Origin: Octopus sinensis
Lineage: Eukaryota
Length of the DNA stretch: 64,000 nucleotides
Assembly: GCF_006345805.1 (NCBI RefSeq)
Contig: NC_043011.1
Coordinates: forward strand, 59,470,464-59,534,463
Direction of reading: 5' to 3'
Shown: piece after piece, positions 1-12,351 of the stretch
How positions within the stretch are numbered: position 1 is the first letter of the stretch
How the letters are laid out: the number at the start of each line of letters is the position of its first letter
Notes under the pieces: generated by a model
Told to the model about the DNA's origin: nothing
Seen by the model: only the letters and a program-made list of their open reading frames with translations
Database searches by the model: none
Translations under genes and position numbers: made by a program

Positions 1-1095
1 GCGTATATCTTAAGAGAGCCATAATTTTTCTTTCCTTTACAAAGTCAGAATTTTAAGTGAGCTGTAATTATTAAAATACACCTTATCAGAACTGAGTTTT
101 AACAATTCCATAAGTTTTAATAAAGCCGAAAGATATAGGAGGAACATACATTTTAACAGAGCCTTAGGTTTTCACAAAGCTACTTTTCCAATACCCGATT
201 TTTTGGTAGGGTGAATTTATTAATAATAATAGTTCGGAAGCATAATCAATGTTATTTTCTGTAGCGGTTCAGAAGCATAAATATAGACTTTATCTGATTA
301 TTATGCTTTACTTGTTTGCTCGAAGAAAAAAATGGTTCCGTAATTTAGAAGGAAAGAATTTATTGAAATTGAAAAATTCAGAAGGAAAAAAAATTATAGC
401 AGTCGCCATGTCTTAATATATAATAAGATAATTAAGTAAATACAGCATGTGGTTTATAATTGCGCATAAACCATATTGCAAGTTGGAAAGTAACATAAGA
501 AAGTAACATATATTGAGAGAGTGAAGATGGTGTCTATGAAGGAAGGATAGTTTGAGCAAGAAAAAAAAAGAAGACATTTTGAGCAGATACAAATTCATTA
601 CAGATACCAACACAAATTTAGATGCGCTAATACTAAAATATAAAATGAACGTTGATAGAACAGGCTTACTAATTAAATCGCCAAAGAATTCGTGTCACAT
701 TTTTGACATGATCGCATTGAGATTGTTTCTTTTTTTTCAACATTTCCGTTAAAATAATTATTAATTTTTACGTTGTAAGGTATTTAAAAATAAATTCTTT
801 ACAAATTACTTAATACTAATATAATTAAATTTCCGCCGATTTACCCTTTGAATGTGTGTTTAGATCAGAACCACGTCAGGCACTGGCTGACGTGCGAGTA
901 TGAATTCACAAAAGGGATCTCCAGAAATGGAAAGAACGGGAACGCTCGTTCCGTCAATAGAAGCAACGCTTACGTCATTAACAATGAGGACAGAGATTAC
1001 CCTAATTAAATACATGCATTAAGACCCGAGGTGCATTTGCTTTCCCCGACCCTCGTCTTAAAATCCGACATGACTTTCTTTCCAGCCTAATACTG

Positions 1096-1294
1096 ATTTC
1101 AAATTTTGGCACAAGGCCAGCTATTTCGGGGGAGGAAGAAAGTCGATTACCCAACGGGGACTTATTTTATCGACCCTGAAAGGATGAAAAGGAACGTCGT
1201 CCTCGGCGGAATTTGAACTCAGAACGTGAAGAAAGACAAAATGACGCTAAGTATTCCGTCCGGCATGCTAACGATTCTTCCAATTCGCTGCCTT
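1096..1294 (-). mobile_element. tRNA-derived SINE, family A (degenerate)
   Basis: Reverse complement shows B-box-like GAGTTCAAATTCC, core CTTTCATCCTTTC.GGGTCGATAAAATAAGT and tail GGCCTTGTGCCAAAATTTGAAAT shared with many copies in the window. Confidence 0.85.
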
Positions 1295-1915
1295 ATTTCG
1301 AACCTAATATCGAAAAAAAGTCAATGAGAAGCAGATGCAAGTATCCGGGATTACATTTGAATTAATTAGCAAATAAAGACATCCGCCAAAAAAATTAAGA
1401 TTTTTGGAAAATGGAATGTGAGACAGAGACACTTTCAGCCTAATTTTAAGACGGCTACACGTTGTAGAGGCAGGTAGCCTAGTGGTTTGGAAGTTGGGCT
1501 TATACTGTGGGTTGGAATCTTGCTCCGGGAAGTGCTGTTTGTTTTTGAGCCAAGTTCGTTATTTTACATCTTTCCTGCGGTTTACTCAGCTAGAAATGAA
1601 TAAGTCCCAATGGCACATGGAGAGGTAAATCCACGATTGCTTGGCGATGCATGCAGTGGTTTGGTTCTGATTACTCGCCGTAGAAGACTGGAAAATCCGC
1701 TTAAACTCCAACTTCCTCAAACCGAAACCTCGGGGCACACTTAAGAGATCTTCAAACAGAATCGTTTGAATAGTTGTTGAGTTTTCTGTGTGCCTACACT
1801 TTTTGATATAAAGTCCTTATATATTACTGACATTGGATTTTTCCTATGCGGGCGAATCAGAAAGTTTTTAGAACTTTCTTGTAAAAACAGCACAAGACTT
1901 CATTTCGTGCAGACA

Positions 1916-1933
1916 TAGTTGTCATGACAACTA
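1916..1933. promoter_or_regulatory. Perfect 18-bp palindrome containing an RFX X-box-type motif
   Basis: TAGTTGTCATGACAACTA; the core GTTGTCATGACAAC fits the palindromic X-box pattern GTTRYCATGRYAAC. Confidence 0.5.
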
Positions 1934-2038
1934 ACGCTGATTAATCTTTAATGTCTACCCTCTGTAATTAAAAACAAAAGAAAGCGTGTGTGGTGTCATT
2001 TTATCTCTTGCACATTGGCCAAAATTGTTTATAACGTT

Positions 2039-2059
2039 ATGTTCAAAACTATGGAAAAA
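2039..2059 (+). CDS. Candidate first coding micro-exon (MFKTMEK), gene unknown
   Basis: In-frame ATGs at 2039 and 2051 followed by donor AAA|GTAAGT at 2060, about 105-120 bp downstream of the X-box. Confidence 0.2.
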
Positions 2060-2629
2060 GTAAGTATCAATAGGACGGGCTACATTGGTGTTGTTATGTA
2101 GATCAGTTATCGAGATTTCTTGTATAAAATCAAAACATGACCGCACATATACAGTGCCACTACACATATGCATTTACACAAACAGTCGCACACACACACA
2201 CACATATGCATATATATGTAAAACAGATTGTATTCGAGTTTATTGTTATTTATTAAAAACTTTTCATATTTTTTATGTTTAGTTCCAAACAATAACATTT
2301 CAATTTCAACAACAAAAAAATATGGAAAAAATTTAATAAAAACGATTAAATTCGATCAAACTTGTGTTTCTTTTCTTTAATGTTTAAACGAAAATCTGTT
2401 TCATACATGTGTGCGTATGTGTGCTTGTGCGAGTGTGTATATATGTGTGTGAGTGCACGCACATGTGTGTGAGTGGGGAGGGTGTTTATGTATATATATT
2501 GGAACTGAAGGTGAGTTTGTCTCATGAATCGGGTTTCAAGTCACTGTCATCTTCAGGCGAGAACTTTTATAACTTTGTATTGGTGACGTATTTATTTTGA
2601 TGCGAGTCTGGGTTCATGTGTATGTGTTG

Positions 2630-2850
2630 AACATTAGGTTTGCTTTCGGTCACTTGACTGTGGCAACGCTAAAGCAATGATTTGAAGAATTTTAGTCGAA
2701 CAAATCAACCATCTACTTATCGTTTTAAGCCTGGTATTTATTCTATCGTTCTCGTCGTTTACTGAACTGCTACGTTACGGAGACATAAACACACCGACAG
2801 CGGTTTTATTGCGGTGTTGGAGGAAAACATATTCACTCACATACACACAC
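2630..2850 (-). mobile_element. SINE family B, 3' half
   Basis: Matches the CAGTCATTTGACTG..AGTCGA.CAAATC..AAGCCT.GTA.TTATTCTATCG segment of the full copy at 33528-33911. Confidence 0.75.
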
Positions 2851-2885
2851 ACACTTATACATACATACATACATACATACATACA

Positions 2886-2921
<36 letters not shown>

Positions 2922-2970
2922 GAGAGAGAGACAGACAGACAGAGATAGACAGACAGACAGACAGACAGAG
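2840..2970. repeat. Compound microsatellite (CA)/(TACA)n/(GA)/(GACA)n
   Basis: Direct inspection. Confidence 0.95.
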
Positions 2971-3059
2971 AATAATTAAGATTCAGATTAATTAGGCGCT
3001 TAAATTTACGCACCAAGACAGTTCTGTATAGCCCGCGCAGCATGAAGTTAGATAAATAA

Positions 3060-3425
3060 CAAGTAAATAAGTAACAAGAATGTCCAGGTATTAATGCATT
3101 ACGGCCGTTTCAAGCGGCTCCATTTAACTTGGGGATAAATAAAAGAGCCTGTTAAAATTTAGAAAGTATTGTAAGCTTTGGTTTTTCCCTAAATTCTTTT
3201 TGCCACAAACACATCAATGAGAAACAGTCTAAGTTGTTTGTTTTGTAGTACCGATGTACTAAAAAATGGTTTATATTTTATATTGGAAATCTATTTGTTC
3301 GTCTGCATCTGAGGAGAGCGGTGTATTTCAAATTGATATAATGTTTTCATTCATCGATTAAATGGAGCTGCTTCAAACAGCTGTAATGCATTAATACCTG
3401 GAAATCCTCGTTTCTTATTTACTTG
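3060..3425. mobile_element. MITE with about 68-bp imperfect terminal inverted repeats
   Basis: Left CAAGTAAATAAGTAACAAGAATGTCCAGGTATTAATGCATTACGGCCGTTTCAAGCGGCTCCATTTAA is the near reverse complement of 3358-3425. Confidence 0.85.
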
Positions 3426-3498
3426 ATACATACATACACACATACATACATATATATACATATAAATATATATGCGTGTGTGTGTGTATGTATGTATT

Positions 3499-3662
3499 TG
3501 AATAGTAAGCAAATATTCTTTTTAAAAAACTTTTCATTTAATTTTTTTCCAAAATTTAATTCTTTTCCATACTTACATTTGAAAAAGTCTCAATGACCGA
3601 AACCAGTACTGAAATAGTTTTTATAAAATTATTTTAGCATTTTCTACCTTGACTTTTTTCCA
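3499..3662 (+). mobile_element. Microsatellite-embedded short element, Penelope-like pseudo-LTR relic with eroded hammerhead motif
   Basis: Flanked by microsatellites; contains TTGAAAAAGTC-TCAAT-GACCGAAACCAGTACTG. Confidence 0.5.
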
Positions 3663-3670
3663 TATATATA

Positions 3671-3790
3671 TACGACAGACTTCATTCAGTTTCTGTCTAC
3701 CAACTCCACTCGAAAGCTTTTGATAGGCCGAGGGTATAGTAGTAGGAGACACTTACTCAAGGTACCATGTTGTGGAATGGAATCAGACTA
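3671..3790 (-). mobile_element. SINE family B, 5' half
   Basis: GACAGACTTCATTCAGTTTCTGTCTACCAACTCCACTC..GGCCGAGGGTATAGTAG..GACACTT matches the head half of 33528-33911. Confidence 0.75.
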
Positions 3791-4310
3791 ATGTCACATC
3801 GCATCGAGGGCGCTCTTAATATACTAAGTAGTATAAGCATGAATCACATATCACTTAGCAGGTCCCTTAGCAATGGCTTACAATCACTTTTATATTATTC
3901 TTTCGCTGGTTTCAATTAACGGATTGCACACATGCTGAAGCACCGCCCGAGCACGGTATTTCTTTCAGTCACGTACTTAATGTTATAAATCTATGTTTCA
4001 CCAATTACTAAATAGCTAACTGTATTAGACACAACGTTGGTGACTTTTAGAGCAGTAAATATACAGCTGTATAGAATAAGATTTATACTTTAACAAACAC
4101 ACAGGCATGCAGACTCGCACTTGTGTGTGATAGAAAGTGAAAGAGAGCGAAAGGGAAGGAGAACGTTTCATAATACATCATACCATCGAAATGAATCGCT
4201 GTTAACACGCCATTAACACAAAAATACAAACCAGCTGCCAAGAAAGTCATATATATGCAAATTAGCTTTCCCAGTTTACTACAACCACCACCATTTATAA
4301 AATGTTTAGT

Positions 4311-4501
4311 TCGCCGAGGAATATGCTTAGCGGCGCTTTTGTCCGTTTGTAAGTTATGAGTTCAAATTCCAGTTCGGTCGACTTTGTCTTTCATTCTCTT
4401 CGGGTCGATAAAATAAGTATCTGGTGAGCACTGAGGTTGAAATAATCTACTCATCCCCTCCCTCGAAATTGCTAGCTTTCTACCAAAATTTGAAACCAAT
4501 G
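4311..4501 (+). mobile_element. SINE family A (degenerate)
   Basis: GAGTTCAAATTCC..GGTCGACTTTGTCTTTCATTCTCTTCGGGTCGATAAAATAAGT..AAAATTTGAAACCAAT. Confidence 0.85.
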
Positions 4502-5042
4502 TTAAGGGATTTATAAGTCGTGAAGCGTTAAAAGTGAGGCACGGTTGCTGACGAATATCCTAATGGTATCGAAATGGCCATACAGAGCTGATCCTACTTT
4601 TATATTTTCAAATTTCTGTCCGCACAAATTTTATAGAAATATTTTTCACATTAGTCATAATATACAGCGTCAACCTGATACTCTCTGCATAAGTTCTGTC
4701 ATGTATTGCCAAATAATATTACATACATACATACATACATACATACACACAAACACATACATATATATATATATATTTATATCATTTGTAGAAAACATAA
4801 ATCTGAAAAAAGAAACACACTCTAAGATGTACAGCAGTATACGTTAAAAATGGGAAATGCCGATTTATGGGATTACCTTAGGTTTCCTGTCCATAAAGGG
4901 TTTAGCTTTAAGGCGTATCGTCAGATCCTTAAAAAAAACTGTTTTAGCAGATCCGACAATGCGCTGTAAAGCTGAATTCTCTATGTGCGGGAAACCTAAA
5001 GTAAAGCGCATTCTCCATTTCAATATGTATATATATATATAC

Positions 5043-5081
<39 letters not shown>

Positions 5082-5149
5082 TTCTACTTTGAGCTCTAGA
5101 ACGCATGAAGACGGTTATTCGGTTTCCATGACATAAAAGTGACCGAGGT

Positions 5150-5340
5150 CACAACATTCCCCTAGAATGAGGAGACATCGGTTTGTCTCAGGGTTAGTCA
5201 CTTACAGCTGAGTGGACTGGGGCAATTTGAAATGTAGTGTGTTGCTGAAGGACATAACGCACACGCCGGCGCAGGAATCGAAACTACGACGTAACGATCC
5301 CAACCGTAACACCTTAACCATAAGTCCACACACCTTCACA
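5150..5340 (-). mobile_element. tRNA-derived SINE, family D
   Basis: Reverse strand has a tRNA-like head (A/B box remnants) then CCAGTCCACTCAGCTG, shared with 33998-34310. Confidence 0.7.
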
Positions 5341-5360
5341 CACACACACACACATACACA

Positions 5361-5453
<93 letters not shown>

Positions 5454-6649
5454 AAGAAACGATGGATCGATTCCAGCTTGTGTGGAGGAAGGTGCTGCAA
5501 CACTGGATTAATCTTTCCGGAACGCACATCTGGTTATGTTTCTATGGAAAGGCAAGAGCTGTTAATCCTGGCTTTATAGTACCATCTTCTCCTGCATCTG
5601 CCAACCGAATTCCACTTAAAATGTATTGTTGAACCCGAAGCTTTATAGAATACTGACTCTGGCGCAGGGAGATCGAACCAGGAAATATTACCTGCGAAGC
5701 AAAACTTCTTAATCACATTGTCCGCGTTTATTTCACATCGTTGTTTCGTCGTTAATTAGCTAAACTTAGATTGTTCTCAATTCCGTGTCTAAATAAATAT
5801 TTCAAATATGATCTATTAATTTAGGATACTTGAAGCATATTTAATAACATTTTCTTGCTGTTGTCTTGTAACATTCACTTATTCACATTTCGCTGGCTGT
5901 CTAGATGTTCGGCTGACAAACCTTTTATAAATATTTAGCGTAAGAGAAATGATTTAAATTCCAAACATGCGTAGTTCATCTTTACTGATTTCATTGATTT
6001 ATTTAAATCCATGTCTCTCATTCCCTCCTGGTGTACATTTCTGTTTAATTATTTTATTTATATTTGATATTATTTTTACTTCATTTTCAAGTTGGTCGTA
6101 TTAGATTCCGTTAATGCAAATTAAGAAAAATCAATCAAATAATTAATTGCTAGTTTCACTGAATCAAGCGCAGTCATATCCTTTGGCGTGCATTTAATCA
6201 AGGTTTGTTAGCCGTCCGCCTAATTAAAAGTAAGTAACTATCCCAGTTGTATTATCTCACTAAAACACGCTGCATTATTCAGTTGGTTGAGAGCAAACGT
6301 TTATTATAAAAGTTTCTATCACTAATGAGTTGAGAATATGAATCCACTCTGTTAACCTAAGAAGTCACGAGCCAACCAGAGAACATCTAGGCGATTAGTT
6401 GATCTGCTAGAACTAACAGCTAAATCAATTCTAAAATCGTACACTGCCTCGTCAGAAATGAAGAGATGCAGCTCAGTTGTGCAATATAGTCCTCGATGAT
6501 ATACGAATGTTGGCAATTAAGATGGGGAGGGTCTATGAAAGCTGGAACGAATTTGATTATAGGTATACTCATTTATGTCTGACCTGCGGCTAAAGAATGG
6601 CAACGACCTGTTTACCAACATCAACAATTGGTTATTGAATTTATGGAGA

Positions 6650-6917
6650 CATAATGGCACACTGGTTAGGGCAACCGGCACGCGGTCGATAGATCGCGGT
6701 TTCGATTCCCAGACCGGGAATTCTCTTTCTGTTATACCTGTATTTCAAAGGGGCCAGCCTTGTCACACTCTGTGTCACTCTGAATCTCCCCGAGAACTAC
6801 GTTAAGAACACACGTGTCTGTGGAGTGCTCAGCCACTTGCACGTTAATTTCACGAGCTGGCTGTTCCGTTGATCGGATCAACTGGAACCCTCGTCGTCGT
6901 AACCGACGGAGTGCCAC
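6650..6917 (+). mobile_element. tRNA-derived SINE (D-related) with distinct 3' body
   Basis: Head TGGCACACTGGTTAG..GGTTTCGATTCCCAGACCGG; body GCACGTTAATTTCACGAGCTGGCTGTTCCGTTGATCGG recurs inverted at 26685-26830. Confidence 0.8.
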
Positions 6918-7929
6918 GATTCAATTTACAGAAGAACCAAGCAGTTTCAATAACGAGCTACACCTAGTCCATGTCTGAAGATATGGTCTACATAATATAC
7001 CAAGCGCACTATTCACCCCTTCCCTTACAAACGAAAATTATCTTTTTAAAATACTATTAACATTTTGTCAACTGTTGTTTTTAATGAAAAGAAGCAGCTT
7101 GACAGAAGGATAATGACGACAACCATTCTTATTTTCTTTTCATTAATCTAAGCACAACGATGTGATTTTTTCCAGCTGTTCAACTTCATTCTTATCTGCA
7201 AAAGATTTTTGCTTTTGTTGTTGTTTTCTTCGCAACTTCAGTTAAATCAAAAGACGGATGACACTTTAAAAGCGCAGTCGAGATACGTATATTGCAGATT
7301 AGCATTGCAGAAAATTAATTGGCTAAAATATTTCAAGTGTAAGACGAAGAATGAAGCATCTGTCAATTAATGATAATGATAATCTTTAGAAGGAAATTAA
7401 ATCTATCATCCAAGAAAATTTGATTCATTTCCAACGGTAGACATCGAATGTCTGTTCTCATTTTTGTTTTTTTTTTTTGCTTTTGTTTTTGGCATGATTT
7501 AATAAATGGATATGCCGATAATTATTTTAATACCCATTACTGGCGTCAGTTAAAATTACTTTCTTAATTTACATTAGGGAGAAAGTGACGCAAGAGTTAT
7601 ACCAAACGTTGGTGAAAGCAAATAGAAGATGTAAAAGAATATTTTATTACGTTGGTGTTATTATTGTGATGGATTATCCGAGGTCAGCCTAATTGAGCAG
7701 ATCTTATAAGCAAAAGTATTTCAGCCATGAACATGCTGTTGATTTTAAGATTAAAAATATAATATACCAAGAGCTGAGACGGTGATAATTGTTAGAGAGT
7801 CAGATAGAAAGCATTTCGCTGTTTCTTCCGTGTCTCTCTGATCTCAGTCGAATTCCACGGAGGTCAGTTTTGCTTGTTTTCCTTTCGGAGTCGACAAATA
7901 GAATATCGATCTATTCCAAGAGTTGATCC

Positions 7930-8143
7930 TTCTTTCTCTCGCTCTCACTCTCTCTTTCTCTCTCTCCCAGATCCTCTCCCTATCTCATTGTTTTCTCTAT
8001 CTCCGTGCTCTTTCTGTTTCTCTTCTCCTTCTCCCCACCCTCTCTCTCCCTCTCCAATCCTCCCTCTGTCTCTCCCTCCCTCTATGTCTCCGACTCATTC
8101 CGCTTCTTTATCCCACTCTCTCTCTCTCTCTCTCTCTCTTTCA
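7930..8143. repeat. Long CT-rich polypyrimidine tract
   Basis: About 210 bp almost entirely C/T, ending in TTTCAG. Confidence 0.9.
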
Positions 8144-8332
8144 GTTCTGCATGTAATAGAAAGCTCCGGTCTTGTCATTGTTTCCTGCTGATTCGAGCCG
8201 GGAATTGGGTCGAAGATTACCCGTGCAGATTCTGCAAAGAAATTCAATTCGTCAAACGACTGAATACTTTCTTCCACCGACAATATCGTGCATTGAGTCC
8301 TTCCTTTTACCTAAACCTGTTGGTGTTATATT

Positions 8333-8657
8333 TTCATCCTTTAGGAGGAACAGTTGTTTGTTCCTTCTCGAGCAACGCCTGGCTCATAAGAGCCGGTTTC
8401 CCGGTTTCCTTGGCGTATAGGTTCCCCACCTGGACGGGACGCCGCTCCGTCGCAGGTGAGCTGCAAGATGCAGGAGGAAAGAGTGAGAGAAAGTTGTGGC
8501 GAAAAAGTCAGCAGAAGTTTGCCATTACCTTCTGCCGGAGCCGCGTGGAGCTTAGGTGTTTCGCTCATAAACACACACATCGCCCGGTCTGAGATTCGAA
8601 CCCGCGATCCCTCGACCGCGAGTCCGCTGATCTAACCACTAGGCCATGTGGCTCCAC
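8333..8657 (-). mobile_element. Full-length tRNA-derived SINE with 13-bp target-site duplication
   Basis: A box TGGCCTAGTGG and B box GGTTCGAATC on minus strand; TSD TTGGTGTTATATT at 8320-8332 and 8658-8670. Confidence 0.92.
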
Positions 8658-9366
8658 TTGGTGTTATATTGGTATATATTATGGCTATTACGAACAGGCC
8701 GAGCGATGCTTCGTTGAAATGTCTCATTGGCTCGAAAACATTGTCATAGAAGGAAGAAGAGTTAAAACTTATTTATCATAACGGTAGGACGAGTTAATTA
8801 AACAGAACTTAATTATCCCTATAGCTTATAATATTAAGGCTTACTTGAATCATACATAGCATCTGAAAACGTTAGAACTGCACAAAATTACTTGCAACAT
8901 ATTCTTAACTCCCTCTGCATTCTAAACGATCAATATTTTTCATATTAACTAGAATTATAATAATACAACAATGTAGATTCACAGAAATATCGGTATGTTT
9001 TAGAGGAATATTTGAAACGAATGAAATGCCAGAAATTGCTAAACCAAACATTATTTTCACACTGACGAAGTAAGCACAATAGAAGCAGTTAAATTATTGT
9101 GCAAAGAGATTGTATATAAATTCATTCTGGGCATCAAGTGTGTGAAAATATTATATCGACTATCTTTCACACTAATAATACACTATCGTCTTTCAATTTC
9201 GCATTTAATCCATCATGTCATACTTTTGGCTTTATGATGTAAATAGTGAGATTTTCCAGAATTTATGTAAACTACAATTACGAAATCCACTTCGCACGCA
9301 GGCTCTTATTAACACAATAGAAATATGAGAATGCGATCTACACACACACACATATGTATATATAAA

Positions 9367-9447
9367 GTGCCTAATTATATACATAGATATATATAGATAT
9401 ATATATGTGTGTATATATACACATGCGTATATACACACACGCACACG

Positions 9448-9508
<61 letters not shown>

Positions 9509-9599
9509 TCACGTGCCTAATTATATACATACATACATATATATATAAATATATATATGTATGTATATATACACATGCGTATATACACACACGCACACG

Positions 9600-9659
<60 letters not shown>

Positions 9660-9765
9660 CGTACCTAATTATATACATACATACATAGATATATATAGAT
9701 ATATATATGTATGTATATATACACATGCGTATATACACACACGCACGCACACACATACACATATC
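9367..9765. repeat. Compound minisatellite, three units of about 147 bp built from microsatellites
   Basis: Anchor GT(G/A)CCTAATTATATACATA at 9367, 9513, 9661; each unit has ACATGCGTATATACACACACGCAC. Confidence 0.9.
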
Positions 9766-10000
9766 ATGTGTGTGTGCATTTGTGTGTCTGTGTGAGTTTG
9801 TATGGAACTGGATGTCAGAAACGTAGCTCGTCAAAGAACAACCAATGACGAAACAGAAGACGCACTGTTTTGAACTTCTATATGTGGTTATGTGTGTGAG
9901 TGTGTACGTGTATACATGCACGAATGGAGTGATCGATGAAAAACAAATATATATATATATATACATATGTATGCGTGTGTAAGTATGTATCTATTTATGC

Positions 10001-10029
<29 letters not shown>

Positions 10030-10031
<2 letters not shown>

Positions 10032-10215
10032 ATAATAAATATTAGGGAATAAATCCAAATTTACAGGGAAAAATCAGATTTAGGATTGAATCCAATTTTA
10101 TAGTAAAATATAATAATAATAATTAGAGACAAAACCACTATTATGCAAATCAAACAAAGAAAGACTTAATCCAATAAATAAAAATTTTATATAAATTAAA
10201 AATAATTAATAATAA
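10030..10215. mobile_element. (TA)n-embedded AT-rich short repeat element
   Basis: Flanked by TA arrays; AATTAGAGA.AAAACCACTATTAT motif recurs at about 23073-23097. Confidence 0.5.
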
Positions 10216-10235
10216 TAATATATATATATATATAT

Positions 10236-10266
<31 letters not shown>

Positions 10267-11857
10267 ACAGAGAGAGAGCACTAAATAGTAATATTTATTT
10301 ATTATTTTTTCTGTTACGACAATAACTGTCATATATGCCCGTCCGACATACAGACCCCACCAACAGCTAAAGATATCAAACAGACATCATAATCGATCGA
10401 AAGGAAATAGGAAACCGTATTGAAATATTTGAGAACTGAATTAATTTTATAGATATTCCCGAAATGGATTTAATTCCTTTGTATTTTCGGTATCAATTTA
10501 GGGATGCAATGAATATACGTGGAACAAGTAATAAACTTAATTCAATTGAGAACTAAGGCTTTTATCAAACGTTACGTAAGTAGCAATTAAATTGCGCACT
10601 TGCATACAAGACGCGATGACATCTTCATGCACGTGCATCATACATAGAAATTATATTAGAAATATTGCCTTGGAAATCAATCAACCAATAACAGCATCAC
10701 AGAGAGTATAAAGATACCAGGTCCATCTATAACTGTTGTAAGATATATCTGTCAGTTAGAATATTGTGGTTTGGTCAATGAAACTGGAATGATTTCAAGG
10801 CTCGTCTCATACTTTACATTAATAACTTTCAACCGAGAAATAAATATTGGCGGAGAGAGAAATTTAAATTGATTAATTTTTTTTAAAACCTGATATCGTT
10901 ATAAGAATAGAGGGAGACATGTTCTTATGCGGAAAATAGGTATTTAAAAGAGTCTAACTTAATCCAACAGTAATCTTCGAAATTCCATTAAGATAGATTA
11001 CTTTCAAGCTAGAAATTACATTTAAAAGTTAATCAATTCGTTGAATTCTTCATCACCTATTTTTACTGAAGCGTGTTTCTTTTGTTCTTTAATTTAGTCT
11101 TTGAGAAATGGCATGTCATACGACCTTCGAATGTGACAGTGATCCATGTATATATTATTTGCTGAGAAACTGTTGGCAGAGGGGAATTTCAAGAAGGTTA
11201 CAATTCTTAAATGATATAAGTGAACGAAATGTTTGAATAGTGCGGAATTGAAAGGGGTACGATAACTAGGCCCTACAAACAGGAGATAATCAAAGCCTTC
11301 TGGTGAACTAGAGTGAACGGGATCTTCTGTTTCACAGCTCATATGAACATAAGCCGTTGTAGCAGCGATGAAAAAGGAGATGGCATGAAACAGAATACAA
11401 GAAATTTCCTGCACAATCGATGAAAATATATATTAGTATTATAAACGTATATGTTCAATCAGGGACACCTTTCCTATACCTAAACTGGTTTAATAATTAA
11501 ATATCCATGTGGTTTTATTCTGTGAGTGTACGTGTTCATTATCAGTGCCATCTGGGGGAGACATTCAAGAAAGGAACAATTTCGAGGGAAACTGGTTTTT
11601 AGGGCATTCGATGTGAAATTGAGTCTGAACATTGAAACAAAAATAAATGGAGTGGGGTACACTAGGACTTCTTAGATATTGATGGACACTACATTGATCT
11701 CTGAAAGTCAGTAACCGTTGACGGGTCTCTCAAAGCCCCGCAATCGCTTGAGAGAAGAGGATCGGAATTAAGACCTTTTTAAAAGAATAAATTCTGGGGT
11801 AGAATTGCTCGACTAAAGGAGGTGCTCCAACACGGCCGCTGTCACATGACTGAAACA

Positions 11858-11862
11858 AATAA

Positions 11863-11903
<41 letters not shown>

Positions 11904-11908
11904 GACAT

Positions 11909-11941
<33 letters not shown>

Positions 11942-11985
11942 CACTATATATATATATATATACATGACATACACACACATATATA

Positions 11986-12023
<38 letters not shown>

Positions 12024-12138
12024 TATATATATACACATATATATATATATATAATATATATATATATACATATATATATACATATATATATATAATATAT
12101 ATATATACATATATATATACATTATTATATATATATAC

Positions 12139-12173
<35 letters not shown>

Positions 12174-12190
12174 TATATATGTATATACAC

Positions 12191-12223
<33 letters not shown>

Positions 12224-12286
12224 TATACATTATATATGTATATATATATATATATATTATATATATATATATATATGTATATACAC

Positions 12287-12350
<64 letters not shown>
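11858..12350. repeat. Long interrupted (TA)n array following a SINE B 3' end (11775-11858)
   Basis: Direct inspection. Confidence 0.95.

Positions 12351-12351
<1 letters not shown>

Noticed and set aside
8005-8592. Longest ORF (195 aa), also following a strong CT-tract acceptor at 8143
   Set aside because: It spans a CT microsatellite and the antisense of a SINE with a clear TSD; no convincing donor or recognisable peptide
8580-8657. tRNA-like sequence with A and B boxes
   Set aside because: It is the head of a SINE (continues into body, TSD present); no closed acceptor stem, so not a tRNA gene
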